NCBI RefSeq assembly: GCF_006345805.1 | Contig: NC_043016.1 | Span: 11,408,001 to 11,471,959, forward strand | Length of the DNA stretch: 63,959 nucleotides | From: Octopus sinensis | Taxonomy: Eukaryota | Direction: 5' to 3' | Translations under genes and position numbers: made by a program | Shown: positions 49,306 to 62,226 of the stretch, in pieces | How positions within the stretch are numbered: position 1 is the first letter of the stretch | Layout of the letters: each line of letters starts with the position of its first letter | The notes under the pieces: model-generated | Seen by the model: only the letters and a program-made list of their open reading frames with translations | Database searches by the model: none | Told to the model about the DNA's origin: nothing

Positions 49306-49932
49306 TATATACAAATATATATATACACATACACACATATACACAAACATATATATATACATACATACATAGACATATATATCTACACACACACACACAC
49401 ATATTGTATATAATGTGGTTTCAAGTGGAATGGTAGTGAAACAGTAGAGCAGCCAGTATTATATTCCTGCTATATTAATATATTCTTCCTTGTTTGTTTT
49501 TTTTGTGTGTGTGTGTATGTGTCTGTTTTTGTACATATGTGTGTATTTGGTTGTAATTTTGTATTATATTTGGGGAAAAAAAAACAAAAAAATTGTGACA
49601 ATGTTTCAGCTATATATTCATGATGGGATGGTAATTATGTCCAAAATCAAGATACTGGGCACCACACACACGCACACGTTTATTTTTTGTCTCACACTTC
49701 TTTCAATCACTGGACTGCATCCATGCCGGGGGGGGGGACAGCCCTCTGCAGGAATTTACTTAAAGCAGGTCAACCGTACTACTTATCTGTTTATGGCTGA
49801 TATATGTATTTTATTGGTCCCCTTTTTTGCCAAAATGCTACATTACAGCAACATAAACAAACCAACACCAGATGTCAGATAGCAATGAGGAGGCAAACAC
49901 AAAGACAAACACATGCACACACACACACCTAT

Positions 49933-50015
<83 letters not shown>

Positions 50016-50262
50016 ATAAAGAATGTTAGGTGTGAGAGATGAATATATTTATATCCCCAATTGATATCCAATAAGATTACAGCTTTCCTCATGCAAAAGT
50101 AATTTCCCTGATTGGATCTACTGGATTTCAGCTGTACAGGACTCTACATTTCACTCCTCCATGTTAGATTACTACGTGGTTTGGTAGCCAGATACTCTGG
50201 AGGAGCTTACTTGTGATTGTCCTATGATTCTTATACATCCATACATATGTATGTGTGTGTGT

Positions 50263-50302
<40 letters not shown>

Positions 50303-50306
<4 letters not shown>

Positions 50307-51105
50307 TCTTTTACTTGTTTCAGTCATTTGACTGTGGCCATGCTGGAGCACCGCCTTTAGTCGAGCAAATCGACCCCGGGACTTATTCTTGTAAGCCCAG
50401 TACTTATCTATTGGTCTCTTTTGCTGAACCGCTAAGTGACGGGGACGTAAACACACCAGCATCGGTTGTCAAGCAATGCTAGGGGGACAAACACATACAC
50501 ATATATATACATATATACGACAGGCTTCTTTCGGTTTCCACTCACAAGGCATTGGTCGGCCTAGGGCTATAGCAGAAGACACTTGCCCAAGATGCCATGC
50601 AGTGGGACTGAACCCAGAACCATGTGGTTGGTTAGCAAGCCACTTACCACACAGCCACTCCTGCGCCTTTGGAGATATATATATATATATATATAGCATC
50701 TCAACATATTCTTTTATTCTTTTACTTGTTCCTGTCATTTGACTGTGGCCATGCTGTAGCACCATCTTACAGGGTTTTGTAGTCGAAGAAATCAATCCCA
50801 GGACTTATTCTTTTTAAACCTAGTACTTATTCTATTGGTCTCTTTTGCCAAACTGCTAAGTTACAGGGAACATAAACACACCAACATCGGTTGTCAAGCA
50901 GTAGTGGGGGAGATAAACACAGACAAAGACATGCAGACATAAATATATATACAACGGGCTTCTTTCAGTTTCCTCCTACCAAATCCACTCACAAGGCTTT
51001 GCTTGGCCTGAGGCTCTATTAGAAGGCACTTGCCGAAGGTGCTACACAGTGGGACTGAACCTGGAATCATGTGGTTGAAAAGGAAACTTCTTGCCACACA
51101 GCCAC
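50303..51105 (-). mobile_element. Two adjacent SINE-A copies
   Basis: Copies at 50303-50668 and ~50710-51105. Confidence 0.85.
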
Positions 51106-51209
51106 ATCATATCAGAGCCTTTAAAGACGACACTTCTATTGGCTTTCAGCCATCAAAGGACTAAGCCACCCCCAAATTTATGAAAGGAGCTTCATCAATG
51201 ATGTATAAG

Positions 51210-51378
51210 CAGGACTAGCTTGAGGTACTGGCAACTCAGGAAGTCCCTTGGGGCACCATGTTCTTGGGGGTGCCATGGAAGGAATGACAAAGGCAAGGAA
51301 ACTTCCATGAGACTATCAGCTGGCGCACAGCGGGGCTCAGCTTGGCCAGGGTTGCCACCAACCCTAAAGCCAGCCCTG
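51210..51378. mobile_element. hAT-like MITE
   Basis: TIRs CAGGACTAGCTT / AAGCCAGCCCTG; imperfect 8-bp TSD TGTATAAG / TGTGTAGG. Confidence 0.55.
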
Positions 51379-51756
51379 TGTGTAGGTATGGCTCTGTGGT
51401 TAAGAAGTTTGTTTCACACCCATGTAGTTCCAGGTTCAATCCTATTCTTGGCACCTTGGACAGATGCCTTCTATTATAGTTGACCAATAAATACCCGGTG
51501 AGTGAGCTTCGTCAGCAGAAATTTGATGGATGGAAGCACATCTTGTATGTACATGTGTGTGTGTGTGTGTGTGTGTGTGCACGCATGCATGTTGCCATTT
51601 CACACTGCTTAATCTGATATATATATATATATTATATATACACATATACATATGTATGTGCAGGTATGAGTATGTCGTGTATACATACCACACCATCGAG
51701 AAGCGAGGAAAGAGATGTTTTAAAATGATAACGATTATGATATACGGATGTAAATT

Positions 51757-51767
51757 GACAGACAGAC

Positions 51768-51815
<48 letters not shown>

Positions 51816-51904
51816 CTAAGTAGATAGATAGATAGATAGATAGATAAATAGATAAGTAGATAGATAGATATATAAGTAGATAGATAGATATATAAGTAGA
51901 TAGA

Positions 51905-51983
<79 letters not shown>

Positions 51984-52066
51984 GTAGATAGATAGATAAG
52001 TAGATAGATAGATAGGTAGATAAGTAGATAGATAGATAGGTAGATAAGTAGATAGATAAGTAGATA
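51757..52066. repeat. (GATA)n microsatellite, left part
   Basis: GATA/GACA/GATAAGTA units. Confidence 0.95.
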
Positions 52067-53262
52067 TGTTTCTTTATTAGCCACACAGGCTGCACACAGA
52101 TAGAACAAATTACAAGGTAGAGCTTTTCTTTTGAAGGTATTAAAAAAAAAAAAAAAAAAAAAAGGAAGGGGGAGGTTCGATCAAAAGGGATCGTAAAAGG
52201 AGAGAAAGAGGACAAAAATAAGGGGGTTTAAAAAAAAAAAGGGGGGGGGGGAGAGGAAAAAAAAAATGATCAATAGGGATCGTTATCACAGAAATGTCAA
52301 TATGAAGTGTAAAGGGGAGGACAGGTGAGGTTTACCCGTGGAAAGAAAAGCCTGCGGAAAAGACCACGGTAACCTCGGTCAATGAAGTCACATTTTATAT
52401 TTCTTTTTTTTTTTTTTTTTTTTTTGCAAATAAGCAACTCTCTGTTTTCGATTTCTGGGTTCATAGGACTATGCTCAAGGTGGCTTCGTCATTCATACGT
52501 GCCATTCTTGCTACATTCACCCATCTTTTTTTAAAACATTCGCTAGACAAAACTTGCCTCTCTACTCTCACTTTCCTTTTCAAGTGGTACTTGAAGAAGT
52601 TGATGAGAGATTGACCAGAGAGGAAAGTGTTTGTCTCCAATCCTTTCAGACGCGTCCACCAGATACATTCCTTCGCCATAGCCACAAGGATGATGAAAAT
52701 AGTTCTTCCTTCCCGTTTGAAGGAAGGAGGCGTGACAATATTGACGATAGACTCAGCTGATAAACCGACTCGTCCCACACGCGACAGCAGTTGTTCGACA
52801 TAAGCCAACAGGTCGGAAATTGTTGGACACTGAACGAGTGCGTGCAGAACGGTTTCGTCGCTCTGACGCATCTCGGGCAGGTCGGCCCCGTGTTTCTCGA
52901 GCCGTGTCTGTAGAGCTTATCCCGAACGGGTAGCGCTTCTCGGTAGCACTGCCAGGCCAGGGATCTCTGGAAGTTGTCCATGGGCCCTGGCCCGAAAGTC
53001 GTCCGAAACAGGCGGGTCAGGTACTCCTCGTCGACGTCCAGGTTCGCCCCGAGCTCGTCGTCGTACCTCCCCTCCACTAAACCCCTATAGAATGCTTTGG
53101 TTGTGTTGAAGTCACTTAAGGTCGACCCAGGACGGCAGAGTTGCTTGAGAGCAACGCGACACTCGCGGTGCCATTCGCCCTTCCTCGGCCTCTTTTTGAT
53201 CCACGACTGCAGTTCGGTCATGGAGACGAGCTGCGGGAAAGCGTGCCTCACAAACGGCGACC
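52067..53262 (-). mobile_element. 5'-truncated Tx1/L1-clade non-LTR retrotransposon
   Basis: ORF2 C-terminus, ~395-bp 3' UTR ending AATAAAGAAACA; possible 13-bp TSD AGATAAGTAGATA at 52054-52066 / 53263-53275. Confidence 0.9.
52461..53251 (-). pseudogene. ORF2 C-terminal region with zf-RVT CCHC finger (one frameshift near 52860)
   Basis: SLAWQCYREALPVRDKL...CPRC/QSDETVLHALVQCP...ECIWWTR; stop at 52461. Confidence 0.88.
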
Positions 53263-53343
53263 AGATAAGTAGATAGATAGATAAGTAGATAGATACATAG
53301 ATAGATGATAGATAGATAAGTAGATAGATAGATAGATAGATAT

Positions 53344-53387
<44 letters not shown>

Positions 53388-53420
53388 GTAGATAGATATA
53401 TAGATAGACAGATGGATGGG
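53263..53420. repeat. (GATA)n microsatellite, right part
   Basis: Same unit variants as the left part. Confidence 0.95.
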
Positions 53421-53716
53421 TATACATACGTATGTATTTATGTATAACTGCAAATAAACACGAGTCTTTTTATTCACACACGCTTATGAATGTTGCGTTA
53501 TGCATGCATGATGTCAATATATATTTGCAATGCATCATACAATGTAATTCACACATGTGTGTGGCTGAAATACGCTGTTACACCACAAAAGATAGTCACA
53601 GAATCGCTTGGTACTTGTGTGAGTGTGCAAGTTGTATATAAATTACTAATTTACTCTCAAGGACTGAACTTTTCTATCAGCCCGCCTTCTTCCCCGTCAC
53701 GTTGACACGCGCTCTC

Positions 53717-53757
<41 letters not shown>

Positions 53758-54334
53758 ACCTCTCTACCTCTCTCACTGTGTTTCTCTCGCCATCACTTAT
53801 ACCACACCCTCCTTCTCTCTGCACCTCAGTTTCTCACTTACACACACACACACTCTTCCTTTCTGTTTCTGTGTAAGCGCGTGTGTATCTCTCTTTCTCT
53901 GTCTCTCTGTCTCTCTCTCTCTCTGGTCTTTCTCCCTCTCTTTCTCTTTCCTTCTCTTTCTCTTTATGTCTCTGTCTCTTTTTTTTCTCTCTCTCTCTCT
54001 GCCCTTTTCTGTCACTCTTTCTTCCTCTATTTCACCACCACTGTCAACAAAACCGACTGATTCTGACATTGCTTTTCCTCCTCCTCCTCCTCCTCCTCCT
54101 CTTCTTTTTTTTTTGTTTTTTTCCGAATCTTTTTTCTTTTTCCTCTTCAGCCTCTCTCCTCCTCCCCTACCTACCCCCCCTACCACACCCCATCGTTGCC
54201 AACACCAATCTATTGGTATACTGCAAATAAATAAATAAATGAATAAATGAATAAATGAATAAATGAATAAATGAATAAATAAATAATCTATTTTGTTCAA
54301 CATAAAATTTCTTCTCATCCACATATTAACCAGA

Positions 54335-54446
54335 CTACCACTACTACTGCTACTACTACTACTTTAGCTGCAGTAACAGTAGTAGTGGTAGTAACAGTAG
54401 TAGTAACAGTAGTAGTAGTAGTAGTAGTAGTAACAGTAGTAGTAAC

Positions 54447-54477
<31 letters not shown>

Positions 54478-54554
54478 ACAGTATCAGTAGTAGTAGTAAC
54501 AGTATCAGTAGTAGTAGTAGTAGTAACAGTAGTAGTAGTAGTAGTAGTAGTAAC

Positions 54555-54600
<46 letters not shown>

Positions 54601-54635
54601 ACAGTAGTAGTAGTAGCAGCAGCAGCAGTAGTAAC
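54335..54635. repeat. (GTA)n/(CTA)n trinucleotide array
   Basis: Direct reading; ACA and TCA interruptions. Confidence 0.95.
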
Positions 54636-54715
54636 ATTAGCTATACTTGCACTGCTAAAACGAAAATATTACTACAATCGTTACTACAAGCTATCATTTT
54701 CATGTTTGTGTTGTA

Positions 54716-54746
<31 letters not shown>

Positions 54747-55333
54747 CACACATATATATATATACACACATATATATATATACACACATATATATATATA
54801 CATATGCATACATATGCGTGTGCATATGCATGCATGCATGTGTGTCTATGTTGTGTGTATAATATGTTACTTCATTCTGGCAACTACCACTATCAAAACA
54901 ACAACACCATCCAACAACACCAAGAACAACAAAAACAACGTCGATACCAACAACAATTTTTACTATAGTACTACAACTACTATTACAAAGCGGGCGGCGC
55001 TACCAATCATAGTACCGATGCTATTACTACCGCCATCAGCACAAACTACCACCACCACCACCACCACCACCACCACTACCACCACCACCATCGCCGCCGC
55101 CGCCGCTGCCACCACCATCGCCGCCGACAACAACACCATTCCTATAAGTGCTAACACTAGTAGTACCATTTACTTGTGTCATCACCAGAACGTCTTTTGT
55201 GAAGCATTTTTCAAAAGTGTAAGAAAATAATAATGCTGCTACCTCCGCTTCTATTATTATCACTTCTCAGACATCATTTATTCAGGTATGCATTGTTTAT
55301 CAATCTTCCCAATGAATATATATTGTGCATATA

Positions 55334-55382
<49 letters not shown>

Positions 55383-55413
55383 TTTGTATGTAGTAATGTG
55401 TCTATGTCTATGC

Positions 55414-55483
<70 letters not shown>

Positions 55484-55890
55484 TCTGTATTAACATAAAC
55501 ATACGCATACATACATATGTGTGCGTATATATTTATATTTATGTATGTAATATATATATGTGATATAAATATATGCAAGCACATATATGCATATATATAT
55601 ATATATATATATATTCATATCTATCTCTCTCTATATATATATATAGATAGATAGATATGTATACACACATGCGCGCGCGTGCACATACAGTATCATGAGT
55701 ATATATATGTATTTGTTCAATAGTAATAATAATGGTATATTATTTGTAGTTTTATTGTCAAACCGTTATTACATTATCTTTGTTGTTGTTGTTATGCATT
55801 ATTGCTCTTTTAATTGTATTTATGCATTACCACTGTTACCAGCATCAACATTATTACTGTCGTCATCATCATCATCATCATCATCGTCAT

Positions 55891-55921
<31 letters not shown>

Positions 55922-56124
55922 TCACATGCAAGTACAAACATTTACACACGCACACACACACACACACACACGCATACGCACACTCACAAAACATTGCATT
56001 ATGCATCTTCACTCCGTTCTTGTGTATGTATATGTGCACGCACTTGCGCTGCGCGCTCTCGTGCGTGTGCGTGGAACGAACTGTTGATGTTGAGTGCTTT
56101 CCTTGCTGCTACCAGCAAGATATC

Positions 56125-56156
<32 letters not shown>

Positions 56157-56808
56157 CGTTATCATCATCATCGTTATCATCATCATCATCATCATCATCA
56201 TCATGGTACAGTTCTTTGTTATCGTTGTTGTTATCACCCTTGTTATTATAGTTGCAATTATATATATACGTACGACTGTTTCACGCGCTATTTACTTTCT
56301 ATATATCCTCGCTTTCACTTACTATGTCGTCATTTTCATTAACACCTTTATACATACATGCATACATACATACTTACACATATGTAAAACGTATACATAC
56401 ACACACACACACACTTATATATCACTTATGCACAAGCATACACACACGTGTGTATTGTGTTCGAAATATGTTTCTAGTTTTTTTTATATTATTATTTTAT
56501 TGGTACTTTTTCTTATTTTTCTCTTAATTACGATTTCTTTATTTATTTATATGATTTCTTTATAATAATAATAATAATGATGATAATAATTTCTTTATTT
56601 TTCTTTTAATTATGCAAACATTAATGATGTTACTGTTGTTTGATTCAGAGGTCATCTCTGATCAAGCAGATTTAATATTATAAAAAAAATGTTGTTTGAT
56701 CCAATCACGACCATCCTGCTCGATTTATTTATTTATTTATATACTTATATTTCTTTTCTTTTTTTAAAAAAAAGAATGTATTACTGTATTATCTCAACGT
56801 GTCCTTCA

Positions 56809-57181
56809 CTACTTAAAAAAACAGCAGTGTTGTGTTGTGTTGATTTCACTGCTGTCTATTTCTAGCAGATCGGTCGATCGTCCGCATAAAGGCTCTCTCG
56901 CTGATGGTTGTGGTGGTGGTGGTGGTGGTGGTGGTGGCGGCGGCGGCGGGGGTAATGGTGGTGGTGGTACTGACGATGATGATAATGGAGTTAAATGTTG
57001 GTACATCCACGATATATGCTTAGTACAATCTTGGATGTTGCTACGATTTATCTACCAACACGCGACATACTCTTGCAGATAGTGCTGCTGCTGCTGCTGT
57101 TGTTGTTGATGTTGTTGATGATGTCGATGATGATGGTGATGATGATATGTTGTTTGTTATGTGGAAATTACTGGTTGCCAT
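56809..57181 (-). CDS. Candidate low-complexity coding exon(s) of an unidentified host gene
   Basis: ATG at 57181 gives MATSNFH..SSS..TTTAAAAALSAR ending at a GTATGT donor-like site (57070); a Pro-rich ORF follows at 57006-56809. No homology recognised. Confidence 0.2.
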
Positions 57182-57266
57182 TAGCTTCAAATAACTAGCA
57201 CAGGTGTATGGCGAAAATACAGCTGTTTAGCAAACATACCACATATGTATGCATACACACACACAC

Positions 57267-57310
<44 letters not shown>

Positions 57311-58000
57311 GTGTGTATATGTGTGCATACATCAATAATCTATGCTTGCATGTATGTGCATACATACGTGCACGTTTATAACAGATGCCTTATAAATCAT
57401 AAATATAAACACGCGTATGTTTGTGTGTGTGTGTGGAATAAAATCAAAACGAAAAATGACTATATTTAAATACACACATCAAGAGGTGTAGATATGTACA
57501 CACATACACAAATATACATGTAACTGAGTGTATGTTTTATACATATAAATTATATCTGTTTATGCGTATATATATATATTTGCATGTATGCATGCGTTTA
57601 TATATATATTTGTGCGTATGCATAAGATGTGTGCACATATGTGCATATACACATATGTGTATGTGAGTTTGTGTGCATGAGTTTGTGTGTATGCGTGTTG
57701 TTGTATGTTGCATGCACGCAGACTTTGGGGCACACGCGCGCACTCACTCGTTCGACGGAATGTCTCTACCGAACGACAACACAGCAATCCTTTCAACCAA
57801 CATAAATCTATAACGTAACAACTAGAGTAGATGGTGCATGCAGGCATGTCTGCGTGTCTCCCACATACACAACTTGCTTTTGTGTGTGGTGAATTACACG
57901 TGTGATATATTAATTCTAATAATAGTAAATTTTCGAAGGTTTCTTTTTCGGCATTTTGTTTAGTAATATAATTTCTTATATTTTGTGATACATCTTACTA

Positions 58001-58722
58001 CACAAGTGTTTCCCATTGACTTTGTTTCCTCATAACTTCCAGAAAAATGGATTTTATTTTTATGGTATTTATCTACAAATATGCTTCAGAAGGTGTAGAT
58101 TCCGATTATTTCGGAATTTGTTATGAAAGTTCTTTTCCAAGGGTGAGGAGAAGATTTTCGGAAAATTCTCATAAGTTGGACTTGTTTCCTCACAACTTTC
58201 TGAAAATGGATATTTCTATTTGAGAAATTTTCTACAAATACCGTTCTGATGATGCATATTGCGATTATATCGGGATTTTAATATGAAGAAATTTAAAAAT
58301 TGGCGGACTCGCACATACATATTGACATATGTCAAAAACTTGAAATTTCGAGAAAAATTGTAATGTGTGTCAATAATGTATAGGTACAAGCATACTATTT
58401 TGTTGTTATTGTTGTTTTTTACGTATTAAATTCCAACGTAATCGTAGTCTACACAATCTGAAAGATATTTGTCAAAAATATCACACACACACACAAAAAA
58501 AAAACAAAATTCATTTTCGTAAAGTTGTGAGGAAACAAAGTCGACTTTCATGAATTTTCAAAAACTCCCCTCTTTACCCTCGGAAAAAAAGAATTATAAG
58601 AAATTCTGATATAATTGGAATTTGCAATATCTGAAGCATATTTGTAAAAATATTTCATTTTTTTAAAAATATCCATTTTTCTGAAAGTTATGAGGAAACA
58701 AATTCGGTAGGACACACTTGTG
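58001..58722. mobile_element. Fold-back DNA transposon with ~260-bp imperfect TIRs
   Basis: TA|CACAAGTG...TTTGTTTCCTCATAACTTCCAGAAAAATGG and CCATTTTTCTGAAAGTTATGAGGAAACAAA...CACTTGTG|TA. Confidence 0.85.
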
Positions 58723-58844
58723 TAGGTGTGCCGTTATTGTTGTCATCATTGTTATTATTGTAACAATAATTAGCAGAAATGGTTAGAACATCAGGGTGGG
58801 GGGAGATGTTGGAGAACAGGAAATCATTATGAAATTTGTTGGAG

Positions 58845-59050
58845 ATCAAATGTCTCTGCAGCTGGTAGGACCGGATTCACGTCAACAACTAATGGCCTAC
58901 TTGACTTTATCCGGGTAATATGGTCCGTAGATGAACGTTGCGTATCCAATGTCCGAGTTCTGCTGTAGCAAGGCGAACCTCGCGGCAGAGACTCCTCCCC
59001 AAGCATTTCAGGAGACCAGCATTTATGTCCTCCTACAGTTCTTGTCATGC
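58845..59050. repeat. Dispersed repeat, candidate LTR
   Basis: Homologous to 62545-62735 (GGATTCACGTCAAC; AACCTC..GGCAGAGACTCCT..CCA.GCATT.CAG.AGACCA). Confidence 0.45.
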
Positions 59051-59467
59051 GTTATCAACAATGTCCGGCAAGAGAAGATAACCCTCCTTATCTACGAAAA
59101 TTCGCAGAGCATCTCGGAATATAACAAAAACGCTTCTACCCATCTCTGAGTTTAGAACGTAGTCGCTTAGGTGTAAGGTGGAGGTCGACGATTTCTGTTG
59201 CTGCGTCGAAGTTCTGCTACCACTCGCTGATTGACATTTGCTAATACATTTGTAGGTTATGTTTTGGTTTCCTGTTGATGGTTCGTGATCGACAGGCCCA
59301 GATCCGCTTCGTCGATATAACTATCGTACTCCTCTATCTTTCTTCCTTTGGGGCACACACATGCTGGTCTGTCCGGGAGGCGTCTCTACTCGAGTGCATC
59401 GCGGGTGAGTTTCTGATTGGCCTGTTCCCTTGCGATCATCGAACCTTTGTTTTCAGTTACTGTAAAG

Positions 59468-59665
59468 CAGTGGTTTTCAACCAGGGTTCCGCCAGTACAG
59501 TCCAGGGATTCCGCAAGAAGTTACAAAACTGCTAAAATCAGTAATTTTTAATTCTCCTGTGCAGATATGTGTGCATAAAACTATTAAATTATTGCACAGG
59601 GGTTCCTCGAACCAGTGGAATGTTTCCTTGGGGTTCCGCTCCAGCAAAAAGTTTGAAAAGCACTG
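59468..59665. mobile_element. hAT-family MITE
   Basis: TIRs CAGTGGTTTTCAAC / TTTGAAAAGCACTG; perfect 8-bp TSD CTGTAAAG at 59460-59467 / 59666-59673. Confidence 0.92.
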
Positions 59666-60219
59666 CTGTAAAGTGTCGAACCAGTCGTTGACTTACTCTG
59701 TTTTACGAACACCTGGTAACCCGCAAGTATCTGATGCTCAGTGGCATGGTTCCGATTATCAAAGTTTTTTTTTTTTCTCTCTTTCTGTTTGGCAGCTTGA
59801 TCACGCTGTATGATCTGATTGTACATTGCACCTGTTGATGCTGATTTCGTGTGAGGTATCTTGATTGATATTGTACGATTAAACAAGCTTTCAGCTAGGC
59901 TGATAGCTGTCGAATTGCGTGCAGTTGCACGTTAATTCAGTCTACGGTCTGTGTCTGGGATCGGGTACCTCAGTGTGGGCTATGTTCAACTTCCGCATAG
60001 TTTTCTGCAAGTCCATTGCTCTTAAGGTGTTCTGACTCAATTCGCCTGTGCATGAAACCTTGTCATTTAGCACATTTCCCTAATTCCTCTGACTGGAAAG
60101 GAGTTTCATTATCCCCTTTTATCACCCCAGGAATACCATGGGCACATAACATTCTATGAAGATTCGGAATCAATTAATCCACCGAGGGTCGTTGTGACAG
60201 TTTCTACTTCAGGGAAACC

Positions 60220-60450
60220 TATTTCTTTATTACCCACAAGGGGCTAAACACAAAGGGGACAAACAAGGACAGACATAGGTATTAAGTCGATTACATCGAC
60301 CCCAGTGCGTAACTGGTACTTAATTTATCGACCCCGAAAGGATGAAAGGTAAAGTCGACCTCGGCGGAATTTGAATTCACAACGTAACGCAGACGAATTG
60401 CCGCTAAGCATTTCGCCCGACGTGCTAACGTTTCTGCCAGCTCTCCGCCT
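60220..60450 (-). mobile_element. SINE-B
   Basis: 12-bp TSD TTCAGGGAA(A/G)CC at 60208-60219 / 60451-60462. Confidence 0.93.
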
Positions 60451-61045
60451 TTCAGGGAAGCCGTAGTATTCATCTACCCGAAAGAAAAACTTGAATTTTC
60501 TTCAATAGGTCCTTTAAAGTCCATGCACAAATTCTGTCACGGCCTTTCTGGAAATGGGTTTGGTTTCAATGGTTCGTAGTGATAATGAAAAGTTGCAACT
60601 AGACAAGCTTTACAGCTTCTGGCAAATTCTTCGGCCATTTTGTCCACATTGGGAAACCAAACTCTGCTTCATATCTTTTGATTTGTTTTTGTCAGGTTCT
60701 TGTGCCTTTCATGGGCAACAGCAATAACACCGGCTTGTAAGCTTCTCAGGGATAACAAGACATGGGCCTCTGAGAAGTAGTGATTTAGCGATTGCCAATT
60801 CTGCAAAAATGTTGTATTGCCTGCTTTTTAATTCTTTTGAATATTTAAACAAGTCAAATGAAAAATGTTTGGAAGAACCCTTCTGCTTTATGAACTCGCA
60901 GCCAGATGTTTTATCAAAAAAAAAAAAAAAAATTTCCAAAGTTTGAAGCTTTTTGATGTCTTGGACCTGCGTATAGATATCGATAAACGTTTTCGAAGTG
61001 TAACAAAAAAAGATTACTGGATTTCCCATTGAAAAGTATAACAAA

Positions 61046-61450
61046 GGCGCAGGAGTGGCTGTGTGGTAAGTAGCTTGCTAACCAACTACATGGTTCCGGG
61101 TTCAGTCCCACTGCGTGGCATCTTGGGCAAGTGTCTTCTGCTATAGCCTCGGGCCGACCAATGCCTTGTGAGTGGATTTGGTAGACAGAAACTGAAAGAA
61201 GCCCGTCGTATATATGTATATATATATATATGTGTGTGTGTTTGTGTGTCTGTGTTTGTTCCCCTAGCATTGCTTGACAACCGATGCTGGTGTGTTTACG
61301 TCCCTGTGACTTAGCGGTTCGGCAAAAGAGACTGATAGAATAAGTACTGGGCTTACAAAGAATAAGTCCCGGGGTCGATTTGCTCGACTAAAGGCGGTGC
61401 TCCAGCATGGACGCAGTAAAATGACTGAAACAAGTAAAAGAGTAAGAGTA
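61046..61450 (+). mobile_element. SINE-A
   Basis: Full-length copy. Confidence 0.92.
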
Positions 61451-61889
61451 ATTGTATAATCAAATGGTTGCATGAGCACTAAGGATACAGATATACAGCA
61501 GTTCTATGATATAATTAAATAACTCGAACATGAAAATTACGGATGCAGAGAGAAGTTTAGAAATATGTCCCAAAACGACGCGACTGAGGGGTCGCAGCAA
61601 GTGCTACAAACTACTTTATCGAGTGTATCTGTGTGCAAGTGTTAGTTCCCAAGAAACTTCTTCCGCAGAAAATGGCTTCTGATCCAGTCTCAAGTATCAG
61701 TGAAAAACGATCGTTTTTCTGCGTGTTAACACAGTCAAAGAATAGCGAAGCATCTCCCGTTCAGTATGTAAATGAAAGTGAGGCGTTTAGTAAGAAGACT
61801 TTTATTGCCACACAACCAAGAAGTTATCTAAACATGCATCGAGAATTCGCAATTTATGGCTACTTTTACCGATGGTAGTCAATGCGATG

Positions 61890-62049
61890 TTAATAATAAT
61901 AGTAATAATAATAATAATAATAATAAAAGTAATAATAATAATAATAAAAGTAATAATAATAATAATAATAATAAAAGTAATAATAATAATAATAATAAAA
62001 GTAATAATAGTAATAATAATGATAATAATAATAATGATGATGATGATAA

Positions 62050-62093
<44 letters not shown>

Positions 62094-62112
62094 GTAGTAG
62101 TAATAATAATGA
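61890..62112. repeat. (AAT)n/(GAT)n/(GTA)n array
   Basis: Direct reading of the sequence. Confidence 0.95.
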
Positions 62113-62119
62113 TAAAGAT

Positions 62120-62175
62120 CTTTTTTAGTTACCTAGAAATTATGTTACAAACTGCCGTTCAAACCGAAAAGATCC
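62120..62175. mobile_element. Solo right end of the GGATC MITE
   Basis: GAAATTATGTTACAAACTGCCGTTCAAACCGAAAAGATCC. Confidence 0.75.
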
Positions 62176-62190
62176 AATAATAATAATAAT

Positions 62191-62226
<36 letters not shown>

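Larger units (their letters stand above)
59150..61045 (-). pseudogene. Ty3/Gypsy integrase remnant
   Basis: LLLRGPCLVIPE..AHE..RVWFPNVDKMAEEFARSCKAC (HHCC); NLCMDFKGP, HGIPGVIKGDNETPF, SNGLAEN (DDE); LFNRTISIKIP. Multiple stops and frameshifts. Confidence 0.88.

Noticed and set aside
52460-53262. Bacterial contamination or HGT because of high GC/CpG content
   Set aside because: It encodes a LINE zf-RVT region and has a 3' UTR and AATAAA end.
54359-55230. Poly-L and poly-V ORFs
   Set aside because: Produced by (GTA)n repeats lacking stop codons in those frames.
61500-61870. RNase H of the Gypsy relic
   Set aside because: The position fits, but no DAS or TDH motif could be read convincingly.
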